Assembly (NCBI GenBank): GCA_965204375.1
Contig: OZ241986.1
Coordinates: 576,001-640,000, forward strand
Length of the DNA stretch: 64,000 nucleotides
Source: Candidatus Latescibacterota bacterium
GTDB lineage: Bacteria > Latescibacterota > UBA2968
Direction: 5' to 3'
Part shown: piece after piece, positions 9,599 through 19,197 of the stretch
How the letters are laid out: each line of letters starts with the position of its first letter
How positions within the stretch are numbered: the first letter of the stretch is position 1
The notes under the pieces: model-generated
The model's input: only the letters and a program-made list of their open reading frames with translations
Databases searched by the model: none
What the model was told of the DNA's origin: nothing
Position numbers and translations under genes: made by a program

Positions 9599-10345
9599 AT
9601 GTTTGTGCTTACCCGAGAAAAATTAAACGCGCAGTCCCTGGCTTTTGAAACGGCAGCTCTGGAAGATATTTTGATCTGGGCATGGGAGACGTTGGGGTCT
9701 CGCGTGGCGTTTGGTACTGCTTTTGGTGCCAGCGGCATGGTTTTGCTCGACGTGATGCAAAAGGTTGCGCCGCAAATTCCCGTATTTACAATTGACACGG
9801 GTTTTCTGTTTCCCGAAACTCTGAGTTTGATCGACCGCGTGGAGGCACGATATGGGATTGAGACTGAGCGGGTGCATTCCCGTTTGAGTGTTGAAGAGCA
9901 AGCGCGTGATTACGGTGATGAACTCTACAAGCGGGATGCCGACCGCTGTTGCTGGTTGCGAAAAGTCGAGCCTTTGCAACGCAAGTTGTCCCGGTTGAAT
10001 GGCTGGATTAATAGCCGCCGGCGAGATCAGGGCGATACCCGCAGCCAAATTTCCATTCTGGAATATTATGAGACAGATGGTCGCGCGTTGCTCAAATTGA
10101 ATCCCATGGCACCGTGGACGCGCAAACAGGTCTGGGATTATATTACTGAACACGATGTGCCCTATAATCCCTTGATGGATCAGGGCTTTGCCACGATAGG
10201 GTGCTGGCCCTGCACCAAAGCTGTGGATGCAGATGTAGATGAACGCGCCGGTCGCTGGGCGGGTTCAGATAAGACAGAGTGCGGTATTCACACTTTTTTG
10301 CAGCCGATTGATGCGGCGGTTAATCCCGTGCCTGTTGAATCTTGA
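9599..10345 (+). CDS. cysH: APS/PAPS reductase (Fe-S APS-reductase type)
   Basis: IDTGFLFPET, CCWLRKVEPL, GCWPCT, ECGIH. Confidence 0.95.
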   Translation: MFVLTREKLNAQSLAFETAALEDILIWAWETLGSRVAFGTAFGASGMVLLDVMQKVAPQIPVFTIDTGFLFPETLSLIDRVEARYGIETERVHSRLSVEEQARDYGDELYKRDADRCCWLRKVEPLQRKLSRLNGWINSRRRDQGDTRSQISILEYYETDGRALLKLNPMAPWTRKQVWDYITEHDVPYNPLMDQGFATIGCWPCTKAVDADVDERAGRWAGSDKTECGIHTFLQPIDAAVNPVPVES

Positions 10346-10450
10346 CTTAGAAGGTCAAGAATAGTATTATTTTTTAATCGCGGCCCTCTCGTGGGGTCGT
10401 TTTTCGTATATGGAAGTACGTGGGGGAATACTCTGAGAGAAAGAATTACT

Positions 10451-10476
10451 ATGTCCAGCATCATGTCCGAAATCGT
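10451..10476 (+). repeat. Imperfect duplicate of the first ~9 codons of the hicB-like gene (11493..11518)
   Basis: atgtccagcatcatgtccgaaatcgt vs atgtccacgattatgtctgaaatcat (MSSIMSEIV vs MSTIMSEII). Confidence 0.6.
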
Positions 10477-10490
10477 ACAGGAGGCACGTC

Positions 10491-10976
10491 ATGGTGTCTA
10501 ATAGCGAGCGCAAGTATTATGACCGTTTTCTTCAAAACAATTTGCTGAGTCAGCGTTACCGCATCAAATTAAGCGATGGAGAAACGCTGGTAGGTGTTCC
10601 AAAAGCATATAGTGTCGTTAACCTTGAAAATCCAACGTTTTTTATTAACGGTTCAGAGTTTTCTTTACGCGACGTTGTAGAGGCGAAAGAGATATCTGAT
10701 ATTACAATTTACGCGACCAAACAACTGGATGGCTATACTTGTGGACTTGACCCCAGGAGCAAAGCAGCCATAAGAGCTCAAATTCCCCAAGAGTCGGTCC
10801 CGGTTACAAGCGTGTTTATTTCTTGTGATACCAAATCGGATTTTGAGAGTCTTCATGGTTCAGTTTGGAAACATATTGCAGAGCTTTTAACGAGCCTTTC
10901 AGAAGAAAAATTGCAAGAACTTGGCAAGGTCGTATTTGTAGATTCAAAGACGATGAAAGTATTATTTGAGCTTTGA
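10491..10976 (+). CDS. Hypothetical protein
   Basis: 161-aa ORF with strong AGGAGG RBS; no recognised motif. Confidence 0.7.
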   Translation: MVSNSERKYYDRFLQNNLLSQRYRIKLSDGETLVGVPKAYSVVNLENPTFFINGSEFSLRDVVEAKEISDITIYATKQLDGYTCGLDPRSKAAIRAQIPQESVPVTSVFISCDTKSDFESLHGSVWKHIAELLTSLSEEKLQELGKVVFVDSKTMKVLFEL

Positions 10977-10983
10977 GAGCGAC

Positions 10984-11475
10984 ATGTCTAAAAGAGCCAA
11001 TCTTTATACGGGTAGAGCAGGTCATCTTGCGGTTATGGCCGAACTTCTTCTTCGCGGGTGGAACACAGCCATTCCAGAAGTAGATGTGGGTGACGACATT
11101 TTTGTAGTACGCGATAGCGATGGGAACCTGCAACGCGTACAGGTAAAGACTGCTGTAGCAAAACCGTTGAAGTCTGGAGCACATAATGCACTATTCAATC
11201 TTTCGCTCTCGCAACTTAGTACGCCAGTAAATCCAGAAGTAATTTACGTTTTTGCAGTTCGACTTCACAGTCATTGGGATGCTTTTGTGGTGATTGACAG
11301 GGAAACTTTAAGAGAAACTTTAGCTGAGGAACTCAGTGGGTCTCACATTCAGATCAGAAGCGCCGACAGGCTCTTATTGCGGTTGCGTTTCACGGGCACA
11401 GGTGTCACTTGTGGGCAAAGCGACTTATCGCAATACAGAAATAACTGGACGCGCTTTCCCATCGTTGAGCACTGA
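10984..11475 (+). CDS. Small PD-(D/E)XK-fold endonuclease-like protein
   Basis: GRAGHLAVMAELLLRGW...DVGDDIFV...RVQVKT. Confidence 0.7.
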   Translation: MSKRANLYTGRAGHLAVMAELLLRGWNTAIPEVDVGDDIFVVRDSDGNLQRVQVKTAVAKPLKSGAHNALFNLSLSQLSTPVNPEVIYVFAVRLHSHWDAFVVIDRETLRETLAEELSGSHIQIRSADRLLLRLRFTGTGVTCGQSDLSQYRNNWTRFPIVEH

Positions 11476-11492
11476 GGCTACAAAAAAATACC

Positions 11493-11717
11493 ATGTCCAC
11501 GATTATGTCTGAAATCATCTTTGAAGTCAGCGAGGATGAAGTTGATGGCGGATACTCCGCCAATGCACTGGGATATGGCATCCACACTGAGGGCGAAACG
11601 CTTGAGGAACTCCGGCAGAATGTCAAAGAAGCTGTCGAATGCTACTTTGATGAAACGATGAAACGCCCTGGATTGATTCGTCTGCACTTCGTTCATGATG
11701 AAGTCCTTGCGCTATGA
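11493..11717 (+). CDS. HicB-like (UPF0150) antitoxin
   Basis: EDEVDGGYSANALGYGIHTEGETLEELRQNVKEAVECYF. Confidence 0.82.
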   Translation: MSTIMSEIIFEVSEDEVDGGYSANALGYGIHTEGETLEELRQNVKEAVECYFDETMKRPGLIRLHFVHDEVLAL

Positions 11718-12295
11718 AATTATCTCCAAGAAGCTTTCCCATAGAGGGAGGGCTGCGAGTAATGTTCAACTGCGATAGCAGTTCAACCTTCCCCAGAGAA
11801 AATTGAACCATGATACAGTATTACTATAAGCAGTACGGCGCGAACAGGGTTAAGCTCATGTCGGAATCACTTGACGATGCAATGGAGAGATCACCAAGCC
11901 ACTTGATCCTGTGCATACATGCGAAGAACCAGTTGGGTCGGGCAAACACTATTACCAATGCCTTGCCGAATAACTTAGTAAAGGCCCTATAGAAAAATAA
12001 TAGGGGTATCTATCGGCAGCGGAATATGCATCTCTTGACAAATAGAATAACTCCATCTGTGCAGGGAGGCGTAGCAATTGCGCCATTTATCAATCTCGAT
12101 TTCCTTCCTCGTATAGAATACTGTGCCCCTGGTGCAATTATCTATATTCCTTGGGGGAAAAATGATCTTTCTGCATACCAGGCTCAGACAAATGCCGAAG
12201 AAATATAAAAAGAGAAACGTCCCTCTCAATTGATTACAAAAATAGCGCGTCATTTGCGCTATCTCATTTTTACATATCAGGACATGAGGTACAAG

Positions 12296-14374
12296 ATGGA
12301 TTACAAAGAACTCAAAATGCATCAGACGGTTTTGTTGGATCTCTATAAATCCTTAGATAATGCCCTTGAGAAAGAGAGCGATGAAATTCCGGAAGACGTA
12401 AAGCAGAGTCAAGAGAATATCGCGGCGGAAAAATTTCTACTTGCCATCGTTGGGGAAGTAAAGGCGGGTAAATCAACCTTTATCAATGCAATTCTTGGAG
12501 AGGCAATATTACCTTATGACACCTTACAAGCTACCTCTGAAATAGTTGAAATATACCACTCTGAAAAAAAGGAAGTTCAAGTAACCTTTGCCAATGGTAA
12601 AACGCAAGCTGTTGAGGATGACCCACAAACACCCGAAAATGAAGCGGTACCATTTCTTAAAAAGATTGCTTCTGTCAATGAGGAATACCGTGGCATTCCA
12701 ATCGTTCAGGTCAATAGATTCTTGATTGATCATTATAGCGAATCAGAGGGAAAAGCTGTATTTGAAAAGTCGGAATTAGAGGATTTCATTTTTGACCCTG
12801 GGCTTGAAAATATATACAAATTGGAGACAGAGGTATTTGGAGACAAAATTCGCAAATATATTGCGAAGCATATTTCCTGTGATGAGATTTCCGAAAGGGT
12901 TACTCTCGGTTATCCACATGACTTTTCTGAGTTCAAGCATTTCAGGATTGTAGATACGCCGGGGATCAATGCAATTGGCGGTATAGAGAATCAAACGAAG
13001 GAGTTCATCAAACAAGCCGATGCGGTTATATATCTCCATAATGCAAATCAATTAGAAAGTAAAGCACTTCGCAATGCTTTGGAGAATGAACTTCCTAACA
13101 GGGTTAAAGATCGTCTGATACTCGTCCTGACCCATAGAAGCGAAAAATATTATCCTGGTGAAGATGAACATGAGAGAATATTGGAGGAGATCAAAAGGCT
13201 TTATCCTGAAATCGGATCAGGTGACATCTTTTTTGTGGATAGCTTGACTGAACTATATTTGAAAGCGTTCTATGGGAAATCAATGGATGAAATCAATGCT
13301 ATGCGGAGACAAGACGCGCAACTAAGAAGGCTAACTTCTGATTGTGTTGAGGTGGCTGATGGTAATGCCTATGGTCTTCTTGAGCTATTAGAAGAGCAGT
13401 CCAATTTCAAGGAGATTCGCAAAAGAATCGAAAGAGATGCACAAAATTCCGCTTCTATACAAATGAAGGATTTTGCCAGTGACATACAAGAGCAATATGA
13501 AGTTCTTGACAATAAAATTAGCGGACGGATAGAACCTCTCAAAGTGAAATATCAAGCCCCTCAGTCTTTTGCATCGGAGATACAGAAGCAGAAACATGAA
13601 ATGGATACAATGAGAAGTGATTACAATAATTTTACATCTGAGCTGATTGCAGAATTCTCTTCTCGCGATATGAACAGCAGGTATTATCAAAAAATAGAGC
13701 AAATAGTAAATAAATATCGCAATGAGATTAACCAAAAAAAATTCAATCCAGACCATCACAAACAAAAAACCGTTGAGGCTTATGTGGAGACATTGAGAGA
13801 TAATTATGGTGATGAAATGACTAAGTTCGTTGATTCACTAAAGGCAGACTTCAAAAAAAGAATAGCGGATAGAGATTTTGAAGTACAAAGTGATTACTCA
13901 ATAACCGTGCCAAAGATATCAGTAGGTAGTGTATGGGAGAAAGCATTAAATACAGCTAACAAAAAAATAAAAAAGCAAGTAGATAAAGTGGACAGCGATC
14001 AAGGTCTTTTAAGTACCCTTTTCCACTTTTTGACGCTGTTTATATTTGATGAGAGTGATGAAAAAAAAGAAAAAATAAGGAAAAAATTTCCACAGCAGCT
14101 TTGGAAAGAGATGCAATCGCCGTTTGTAAAACAATTAGACACACATCTGACACGAATGCAGGAAAATATTGATCAGTTAATAAATGATTTTTGTAAACAT
14201 TATCAGTCTAAATTCAATGGAGAACTTCTGGAACGAAAACGGTATGTGGAAAAACTTGAGAACGAGAAAAAAACAAGTGAGGAATTAGAAAAAGAGATTT
14301 CAACCTTAGAGACGCAAAAAAAAACGATCGAGGACAATATCGAGATGTGTATAAAAATCAGAGGGGAGTTGTGA
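12296..14374 (+). CDS. Bacterial dynamin-like GTPase
   Basis: G1 GEVKAGKST, G3 DTPG, variant G4 THRSE, long helical trunk, hydrophobic segment GLLSTLFHFLTLFIF, C-terminal coiled coil. Confidence 0.88.
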   Translation: MDYKELKMHQTVLLDLYKSLDNALEKESDEIPEDVKQSQENIAAEKFLLAIVGEVKAGKSTFINAILGEAILPYDTLQATSEIVEIYHSEKKEVQVTFANGKTQAVEDDPQTPENEAVPFLKKIASVNEEYRGIPIVQVNRFLIDHYSESEGKAVFEKSELEDFIFDPGLENIYKLETEVFGDKIRKYIAKHISCDEISERVTLGYPHDFSEFKHFRIVDTPGINAIGGIENQTKEFIKQADAVIYLHNANQLESKALRNALENELPNRVKDRLILVLTHRSEKYYPGEDEHERILEEIKRLYPEIGSGDIFFVDSLTELYLKAFYGKSMDEINAMRRQDAQLRRLTSDCVEVADGNAYGLLELLEEQSNFKEIRKRIERDAQNSASIQMKDFASDIQEQYEVLDNKISGRIEPLKVKYQAPQSFASEIQKQKHEMDTMRSDYNNFTSELIAEFSSRDMNSRYYQKIEQIVNKYRNEINQKKFNPDHHKQKTVEAYVETLRDNYGDEMTKFVDSLKADFKKRIADRDFEVQSDYSITVPKISVGSVWEKALNTANKKIKKQVDKVDSDQGLLSTLFHFLTLFIFDESDEKKEKIRKKFPQQLWKEMQSPFVKQLDTHLTRMQENIDQLINDFCKHYQSKFNGELLERKRYVEKLENEKKTSEELEKEISTLETQKKTIEDNIEMCIKIRGEL

Positions 14375-14994
14375 TGGAACTCATCTACACTGAGCACATA
14401 TTCGCTGATATAGAATCTCTGGTACAAAAAATTGAAACGTATTTCAATGATCTTGACTCAGAGAAGATCGAAAGCGAAGTATTTGCATCGAGAATCGCTA
14501 ATGAGTTGGCTACCCGTCTCGAAAATATCAATGGCGTAATCCAGACAACACTGCTGACATATCTGGACAAAGATGCGCGAAAAGAGATTTCAGACTGGGG
14601 GCCAGCGGATCAGAATCGGTACTATGATAAGGGAATCCGCGAAAAGGTCTCATCACAAATTTGTGAGACAGATTCCTTTTCTCCTAAAGTTTGGCCCAAG
14701 AAATACATCAAAATTGCTTCTGGTGTTGTTGCTGCCGGAGGACTCTATCGCGCCTTTTCATCTCCTGTTTCCTTATCTTCTGGGATGTTTATTTCTGGGA
14801 TGTTTATTGTCGTTGTGGCAGCAGGTATGTTTTTTTTAATTCCTCGTGTCGTGGATAAGCACAATAAGAGTAAGACTTTAGAGGAATTGGGTGCTTATCT
14901 TGATGCTGTCGAAAAAAGATACAAAGACCAGGCCCAAGAAGTTATTGATGAGTATGTCTCTCTATTCAACGAAATAATACCTAAAAAGGAATAA
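14374..14994 (+). CDS. Hypothetical membrane protein (helical, with hydrophobic hairpin)
   Basis: TGATG overlap with the dynamin stop; hydrophobic IASGVVAAGGLY and GMFISGMFIVVVAAGMFFLI. Confidence 0.8.
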   Translation: MELIYTEHIFADIESLVQKIETYFNDLDSEKIESEVFASRIANELATRLENINGVIQTTLLTYLDKDARKEISDWGPADQNRYYDKGIREKVSSQICETDSFSPKVWPKKYIKIASGVVAAGGLYRAFSSPVSLSSGMFISGMFIVVVAAGMFFLIPRVVDKHNKSKTLEELGAYLDAVEKRYKDQAQEVIDEYVSLFNEIIPKKE

Positions 14995-14999
14995 GGACA

Positions 15000-17900
15000 G
15001 TGGCAAATCTGAACGATAAATCATTAGCCCTTGAAAGACCAAAGGTTCTATCCCAAGAAGATGGTGCCAAAGAACTTGAAGAAATTTTCTCAGAACTTCT
15101 TCCTTGGGCTATCGAAGCAAAAGATGATGCTGCACTTTTAAGAGAGAATACCATACAAAGTCGAGATGACATTGAAACATTTCTCGGTTCCATTTATTTG
15201 TTCCATGTTGGAGAAATTTCTATTTCCACAGAAACCCAGGATGCAGCTGACTTGATCTATAAAAGACACCAGGCCGCAATTATTGCCGCCTATCAGTCAG
15301 GCTATACACTTACGACGATCATTGCGGGAAATGGTGGTACTGTTGATATTTTTCTCGGAGTATGTAGTGAAGAGGATCGGGATGTGAAAGATGTGTTCAG
15401 TGAGCAATTGCAGGGAATTTATCCCGGAAAAGGCATTAAATTTGTGGATGAATCTATAAAGGATAGGCTGGAAAAAAAGAAATATGAACATGGCGGAGTT
15501 CTTACAGGTATCCCGACACAGAAAATAGACGAAGAAAAGCAGACATTCGATCTATCTTCGGTGATAAGAAGCATGAATGGTCAGGAATTTCTTCTTGCGA
15601 TTGTTTTCCGCCCCATTGAAAAAAAGCATGAAGCTACAGAACAACTTCTCAAATTAATGGAGTTAAAAGATCTGTGCCATGCATTGGCAAACAGGAGAAT
15701 CAGTGTCGATGAGAATGTAAGTGAAAGTGGGAGTCAATCTGACAGTAAAGGTAAAAGTGGGGGGCAGTCGAAATCACCAAACATTTTCAAATCATTTGTA
15801 CAAAGTCTTTGGTCTGGGCTGCAAACAGATACCGAAGGCTGGTCTAAAACGACAATAAATACTGAAGGCTGGTCAAAAAGTAGCGGGCGAAGTTTTTCTC
15901 TTGAACAGCCAGACACTTTTGCGATGGAGTTGGAAAATATCGCGGATAAGTTGATCACCCGATTGCGCAATGGTCTAAACATCGGACTTTGGGAAAGTTT
16001 TATCACCTACGCGACCACATCCTCCACGGCTGCGCAGATTTTATCTGGCACTTTGGCAGGAGAACTGATCAAGGCTGATCCTGAAGCACTGCCTATGCGA
16101 AATGTTGCCGGTCAACTATCTCCTGCCGTTCCGCTCTATATTCCCAGAAAGCGGGATGGAAAATCTCTTATCGAAGGTAATAAATTGTTGTCGTTCGTGT
16201 CGAGCGATGAAGCAGCACTGCTCATGGCTCCTCCGCTTTCTTCTGTCCCTGGCTATGATATCCGCGTCAAGCCCGCATTGAGTCTGACAGACACTACAGA
16301 CCATAGGGGGCATCCAATTGGGCGTATTTCTGAACATGGAAGGGAAGTGCAAGACTCTGAGTTTAAAATATCAAAAGAGGATGTCCGAAAGCATATCTTT
16401 GTTTCTGGTCTTACTGGCTCGGGTAAGACGACGACGGTTAAGCACATTCTAAATTGTATTGATGATACGTCCTTTCTGGTGATTGAATCCGCCAAGAGAG
16501 AATACCGCAGATTATTGAGAGAGGAGAAATACGATGAAAGACTCGACGTCTATACCGTTGGAGATGCAAATATTTCACCGATACGCCACAATCCTTTTAT
16601 GGTGCTTCCTGGGGTGTCACTCATCATCCATATTGACAATCTCAAATCCATTTTTTACGCGAGTTTTTCACTCTATGGGCCTATGCCCTATATCCTCGAA
16701 AAATGTATTTACAACATCTACGAGGACCGTGGATGGAATCTGACTACGGGCAAACACCAGCGCGTCACAATAGAAACTTTTGAGGATTGCAATAATCACC
16801 GCTTTATCTATCCTACGATTAGAGACTTGATTGATGAAGTGAACCGATATGTGGAGGATGAATTGGAATATGACGGGGAACTTAAGGACAATATCCGCAG
16901 TGCGATTGTCGCCCGTCTTGAATCCCTGGCCGTTGGCGCAAAAGGGTTTCTCTTTAACACACATGAGGCGATTGACATAAAGGATTTTCTAAATAGAAAC
17001 GTTGTGCTTGAACTCGAGTCTCTTTCCGATGATGACGATAAAGCATTCTTTGTCGGTTTGATACTTGCTTTGGTAAGCGAATATCGACAATCTAATGCCC
17101 GTCAAAGCGAGAGCGTTCAGGATACCAGGGATGCCAGGGATGATCTACGGCATGTGTTGGTTATTGAAGAAGCGCACAGGTTGCTTAAAAACGTACAGAC
17201 TGAGCGCACCCATGAAATGCTGGGCAATCCCAAAGGGAAGGCCGTGGAGTCTTTCTGCAATCTCATTGCCGAGATGCGGTCTTATGGTCAGGGTGTGATT
17301 GTTGCAGAGCAAATCCCCACCAAAATAGCCCCTGATGTGATCAAGAATACCAATACCAAAATTATTCACAGGCTCGTTTCTCTGGATGACCAGATTGCCG
17401 TAGGTACGGGATTGGGGTTGGATGAACACGAATGTCGATATCTAAACCAGCTTTCTGCGGGCACGGCACTCGCGCATAAAGAAGGGATGTCAAAACCTGT
17501 TGAAATCTCCGTCTTCAACGAACTGCGGAATGATCCGATGGGAGACATACGAATCAAACGTTTTGGTAGTGAACGCACCCCAAATTTGCCATCGGAATTG
17601 GCACTACACGAAAGCGGACTGCTGGAGAGCCAGCATCTGAGAGCGATTGCTCTCAGATTGGTCAATTCGTTTTTTATGTCAGATATTGAACTCAACAACC
17701 TATTGTCTGATGCAATAACGACAGTCAAAAAAGGAGAGCAACTTACGTATGTAAAGGATGAAACTATAGAACATGCTTTGAAGGAACGGTTTTATCGAAT
17801 TTTATTTTCAGCAACTTTGGGTTTTGTAAATGAAAAAGCGATTGATGAAGAGATTTTAAAGATTTTTAATCGGCTTTGGCAGGATCGTGATCGTTTTGAT

Positions 17901-18104
17901 CGCGGGCGATTCATAGACTCATTTGACGAGTGGTTGGGTGATTGCAGCCGCAATCGCATCAAGGAGAATATGGCGAATGATGCCATTCTCGAGAGCCGAG
18001 CAAAAAAAATGGAAATTGAAAAAATCGTTGATAAGATGCAGCTCGCCGAGGACTTAGCAGCCAAACGCGAGGTCATGGACGCGATAAGCAAGAGGGTAAT
18101 GTAA
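15000..18104 (+). CDS. HerA/FtsK-superfamily (DUF87-like) ATPase, 1034 aa
   Basis: KHIFVSGLTGSGKTT Walker A, LVIEEAHRLL Walker B, EMRSYG arginine finger, IVAEQIP, NTNTKIIHRL. Confidence 0.9.
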   Translation: MANLNDKSLALERPKVLSQEDGAKELEEIFSELLPWAIEAKDDAALLRENTIQSRDDIETFLGSIYLFHVGEISISTETQDAADLIYKRHQAAIIAAYQSGYTLTTIIAGNGGTVDIFLGVCSEEDRDVKDVFSEQLQGIYPGKGIKFVDESIKDRLEKKKYEHGGVLTGIPTQKIDEEKQTFDLSSVIRSMNGQEFLLAIVFRPIEKKHEATEQLLKLMELKDLCHALANRRISVDENVSESGSQSDSKGKSGGQSKSPNIFKSFVQSLWSGLQTDTEGWSKTTINTEGWSKSSGRSFSLEQPDTFAMELENIADKLITRLRNGLNIGLWESFITYATTSSTAAQILSGTLAGELIKADPEALPMRNVAGQLSPAVPLYIPRKRDGKSLIEGNKLLSFVSSDEAALLMAPPLSSVPGYDIRVKPALSLTDTTDHRGHPIGRISEHGREVQDSEFKISKEDVRKHIFVSGLTGSGKTTTVKHILNCIDDTSFLVIESAKREYRRLLREEKYDERLDVYTVGDANISPIRHNPFMVLPGVSLIIHIDNLKSIFYASFSLYGPMPYILEKCIYNIYEDRGWNLTTGKHQRVTIETFEDCNNHRFIYPTIRDLIDEVNRYVEDELEYDGELKDNIRSAIVARLESLAVGAKGFLFNTHEAIDIKDFLNRNVVLELESLSDDDDKAFFVGLILALVSEYRQSNARQSESVQDTRDARDDLRHVLVIEEAHRLLKNVQTERTHEMLGNPKGKAVESFCNLIAEMRSYGQGVIVAEQIPTKIAPDVIKNTNTKIIHRLVSLDDQIAVGTGLGLDEHECRYLNQLSAGTALAHKEGMSKPVEISVFNELRNDPMGDIRIKRFGSERTPNLPSELALHESGLLESQHLRAIALRLVNSFFMSDIELNNLLSDAITTVKKGEQLTYVKDETIEHALKERFYRILFSATLGFVNEKAIDEEILKIFNRLWQDRDRFDRGRFIDSFDEWLGDCSRNRIKENMANDAILESRAKKMEIEKIVDKMQLAEDLAAKREVMDAISKRVM

Positions 18105-18739
18105 TGGCAGTTGAAACCGCAGTTGCGGCTATAGCAGCAGAAGGCGTGGCGGAAGTGGCGGTTGCCGAAATGGCGTCTGAGGTCATTGCCGAATCTTCAA
18201 TCAGCGGGGCAGCCGAATTGGACGGAATCCTTTCTGCCATTGAGAAAGAGGTCCCGCGAGAAATCGTCAACAAACAGGTTGACGCGGTACTTCAAGATAC
18301 GGCATTACGCAGTGAACTCGTCCCGCAAATCGAAACCAAGAACCAGCATTTGGAAGGGACGCTACACCCTGAAACGGATGTTCCCTTTGAATCCAAATGG
18401 GTCGAAACTCGTGAAGGCTACAAAGAAGGCGTGTTTCCTGATTTTTCTGCATCTTATGAGACTCAGCTTCCCGAGAATTTACATGAAGCAAGTGATTATG
18501 AGCAGGCCACGTATTGTAACGAACAATTGGGTCAAGCTTCTGAGAATGGCAATCTCAATACAGAGCAATTCACAGACAGGCAATTGGAACAGATTCGCAA
18601 TGGAGATAAGCCCGAGGGATATACTTGGCACCACCATGAGGACCTGGGACGCATGCAGTTAGTGCCTTCAGATATTCACGAAAAAACAGGGCATACAGGT
18701 GGTCGCAGCTTATGGGGTGGTGGGAGTGAAGCTCGATAA
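18104..18739 (+). CDS. WHH-family HNH/EndoVII nuclease toxin
   Basis: NQHLEGTLHPETDVPF...FPDF...GYTWHHHEDLGRMQLVPSDIHEKTGHTGGRSLWG; TAATG overlap with the ATPase. Confidence 0.9.
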   Translation: MAVETAVAAIAAEGVAEVAVAEMASEVIAESSISGAAELDGILSAIEKEVPREIVNKQVDAVLQDTALRSELVPQIETKNQHLEGTLHPETDVPFESKWVETREGYKEGVFPDFSASYETQLPENLHEASDYEQATYCNEQLGQASENGNLNTEQFTDRQLEQIRNGDKPEGYTWHHHEDLGRMQLVPSDIHEKTGHTGGRSLWGGGSEAR

Positions 18740-18754
18740 AAAAGAGAGCATACT

Positions 18755-19153
18755 ATGAATTTGAAATGGAAATACGTTGAGCCATTGGATGAGAGCCAAT
18801 TGTCTAAAATTGAGGATCATTTTGGCCTGAGCTTGCCGGATGATTACAAGAAATCACTCTCGGAATGCAATCAGGGAAAACCCACCTTAGAACGTTTTGA
18901 TACAGAATTTAAAAAGGAGTGTGTTCTCGATTATATGATTGATCTCTCGGATATGGTTTCCCTCGCCAAAACTATGTCTGCCGATTACGACATTGAGAAT
19001 TTGATACCCATATCACGCGACCCATTTGGAAATCTGATTGCCTTTCGGATAGCAGGACGGCAGGTGGATGGAGTGGTGTTTTGGGATCATGAAACAAATA
19101 AAATTTCCAAAATTTCAGGTAGTTTTACAGAATTTATCGAAAAGCTATACTGA
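18755..19153 (+). CDS. SMI1/KNR4 (SUKH) immunity protein
   Basis: KIEDHFGLSLPDDYK...LIPISRDPFGNLIAF...VVFWDHE...SFTEFIEKLY. Confidence 0.92.
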   Translation: MNLKWKYVEPLDESQLSKIEDHFGLSLPDDYKKSLSECNQGKPTLERFDTEFKKECVLDYMIDLSDMVSLAKTMSADYDIENLIPISRDPFGNLIAFRIAGRQVDGVVFWDHETNKISKISGSFTEFIEKLY

Positions 19154-19197
19154 CCGATTTATCGGAGGGGTGTGCACAAATCAAAAATTACACTTCA

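Noticed and set aside
11810-12208. Two 60-aa ORFs upstream of the dynamin gene
   Set aside because: No motifs or convincing RBS; probably decayed sequence
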